In this document: positions 63,131-64,000 of the stretch, piece by piece
Position numbering within the stretch: position 1 is the stretch's first letter
How the letters are laid out: the number at the start of each line of letters is the position of its first letter
The notes under the pieces: model-generated
What the model was told of the DNA's origin: nothing
The model's database searches: none
Seen by the model: the letters and a program-made list of their open reading frames with translations, nothing else
Program-made: the position numbers and the translations under genes
Assembly: GCA_050575255.1 (NCBI GenBank)
Contig: JBNZDD010013697.1
Coordinates: 6,511,713 to 6,575,712, forward strand
Origin: Harriotta raleighana
Taxonomy: Eukaryota
DNA length: 64,000 nt
Direction of reading: 5' to 3'

Positions 63131-64000
63131 AACTAATAATAATAATCCTTACACTTGAAACAGTGCCTTTATTGTGCTACTATGAGGATGTCCCAAAATG
63201 TTTCACAGAATTTAACAGTAAAATGTAGTGAGTGCATTTTGTGGATGATATCCATAGTTCAGCAAGGTTATGCAAACTAAGCAACATTTTAATCAATTCG
63301 AGAAAGGTGCAAACTAAGCACCTTTCTCTAATTGATTAAAATTGTCAGTCATTTATTTATTAAAAAATGTAATTTAAGATTACATACAGTAATCAACTAA
63401 ATTATAAAAAGGCTATATCAGTTTATTGGATATAAATAAATGTCAACATATAAAACTAGGCTTTTAAAATGCTCAACTAACAGGAAATGTAGCACTGTGT
63501 CAACTCAATCTGAACCAATTTCCTACAAATGTTATGATGGAGGCCAGCAGTAAATTGGTAACTAAAATGTTTTGAAGAATTTGGGGACATACACTTTGGA
63601 ATGTAAATACCAAATTCAGGCTGTTCAAATAGATTATTATCAAAATAACATCCATCTGGGAATACAAATACTCTGTTCTAAGCACTGTTACTTTTGTTCC
63701 AAAATTTTTTACTTCAAATAGCCACCCTACTACAAATCCACTATCCAAATCCAACAATCCTAATTTTTGTTGGAAAGAAAGAAAACAGATCAGTTAAACA
63801 GGTCCTCAAATGGTATTGGCTGTATTTGAACAATACAGGGCAAAACAACCTCTGTGGAGTCTTATTAAAACTCCACAACAACATCTTGCATTTTGTTTGC
63901 CTACAACATCAACACAATTACTACAAATGTGCAGTATTATAGCAAATCCAGTGATGACAGAAAATTCTACATCCCAAACATCTGTATAAAGAATTGCTTT

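Larger units (their letters stand above)
61897..63828 (+). repeat. 29-bp dispersed direct repeat (61897-61925 and 63800-63828)
   Basis: aggtcctcaaatggtattggct(c/g)tatttg, 28/29 identical. Confidence 0.85.

Overview
This is non-coding vertebrate DNA of roughly 40% GC, either intronic or intergenic, and it is dominated by transposable-element debris. I found no intact protein-coding gene, rRNA, functional tRNA or CRISPR array. The recognisable ORF-track translations are all broken L2 or CR1 LINE ORF2 fragments (EN motifs LTET and ILGNFN, RT motif YVDD, C-terminal RLHWLP..RI.FK). The repeat mix points to a cartilaginous fish, probably a holocephalan such as elephant shark or chimaera; this is an inference made without a database search. 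The mix comprises abundant L2 3' ends, Deu-domain SINEs, a tRNA-headed SINE with an (ATT)n tail, a shark-type CR1 3' tail, LF-SINE-like relics and Tigger-like MITEs. I cannot support a new gene system here. The most interesting signals are structural: (1) a young mosaic retroelement built of tandem ~145-bp [CT-rich + Deu-core] units ending in an L2 tail, in 3 copies; (2) two locally templated inverted insertions about 0.5 kb apart, one forming a 70-nt near-perfect hairpin; (3) a micro-inversion inside a Deu-SINE; (4) an L2 copy with the EN domain joined to the post-RT C-terminus; (5) compensatory covariation of the 3' stem-loop across three tail classes; (6) an apparent excess of TACAGTA/TACTGTA, the canonical Tc1/mariner excision footprint. 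Repeat boundaries were read by eye and are approximate (typically +/-10-30 bp for old copies). Family names rest on recalled consensus motifs, not alignments.
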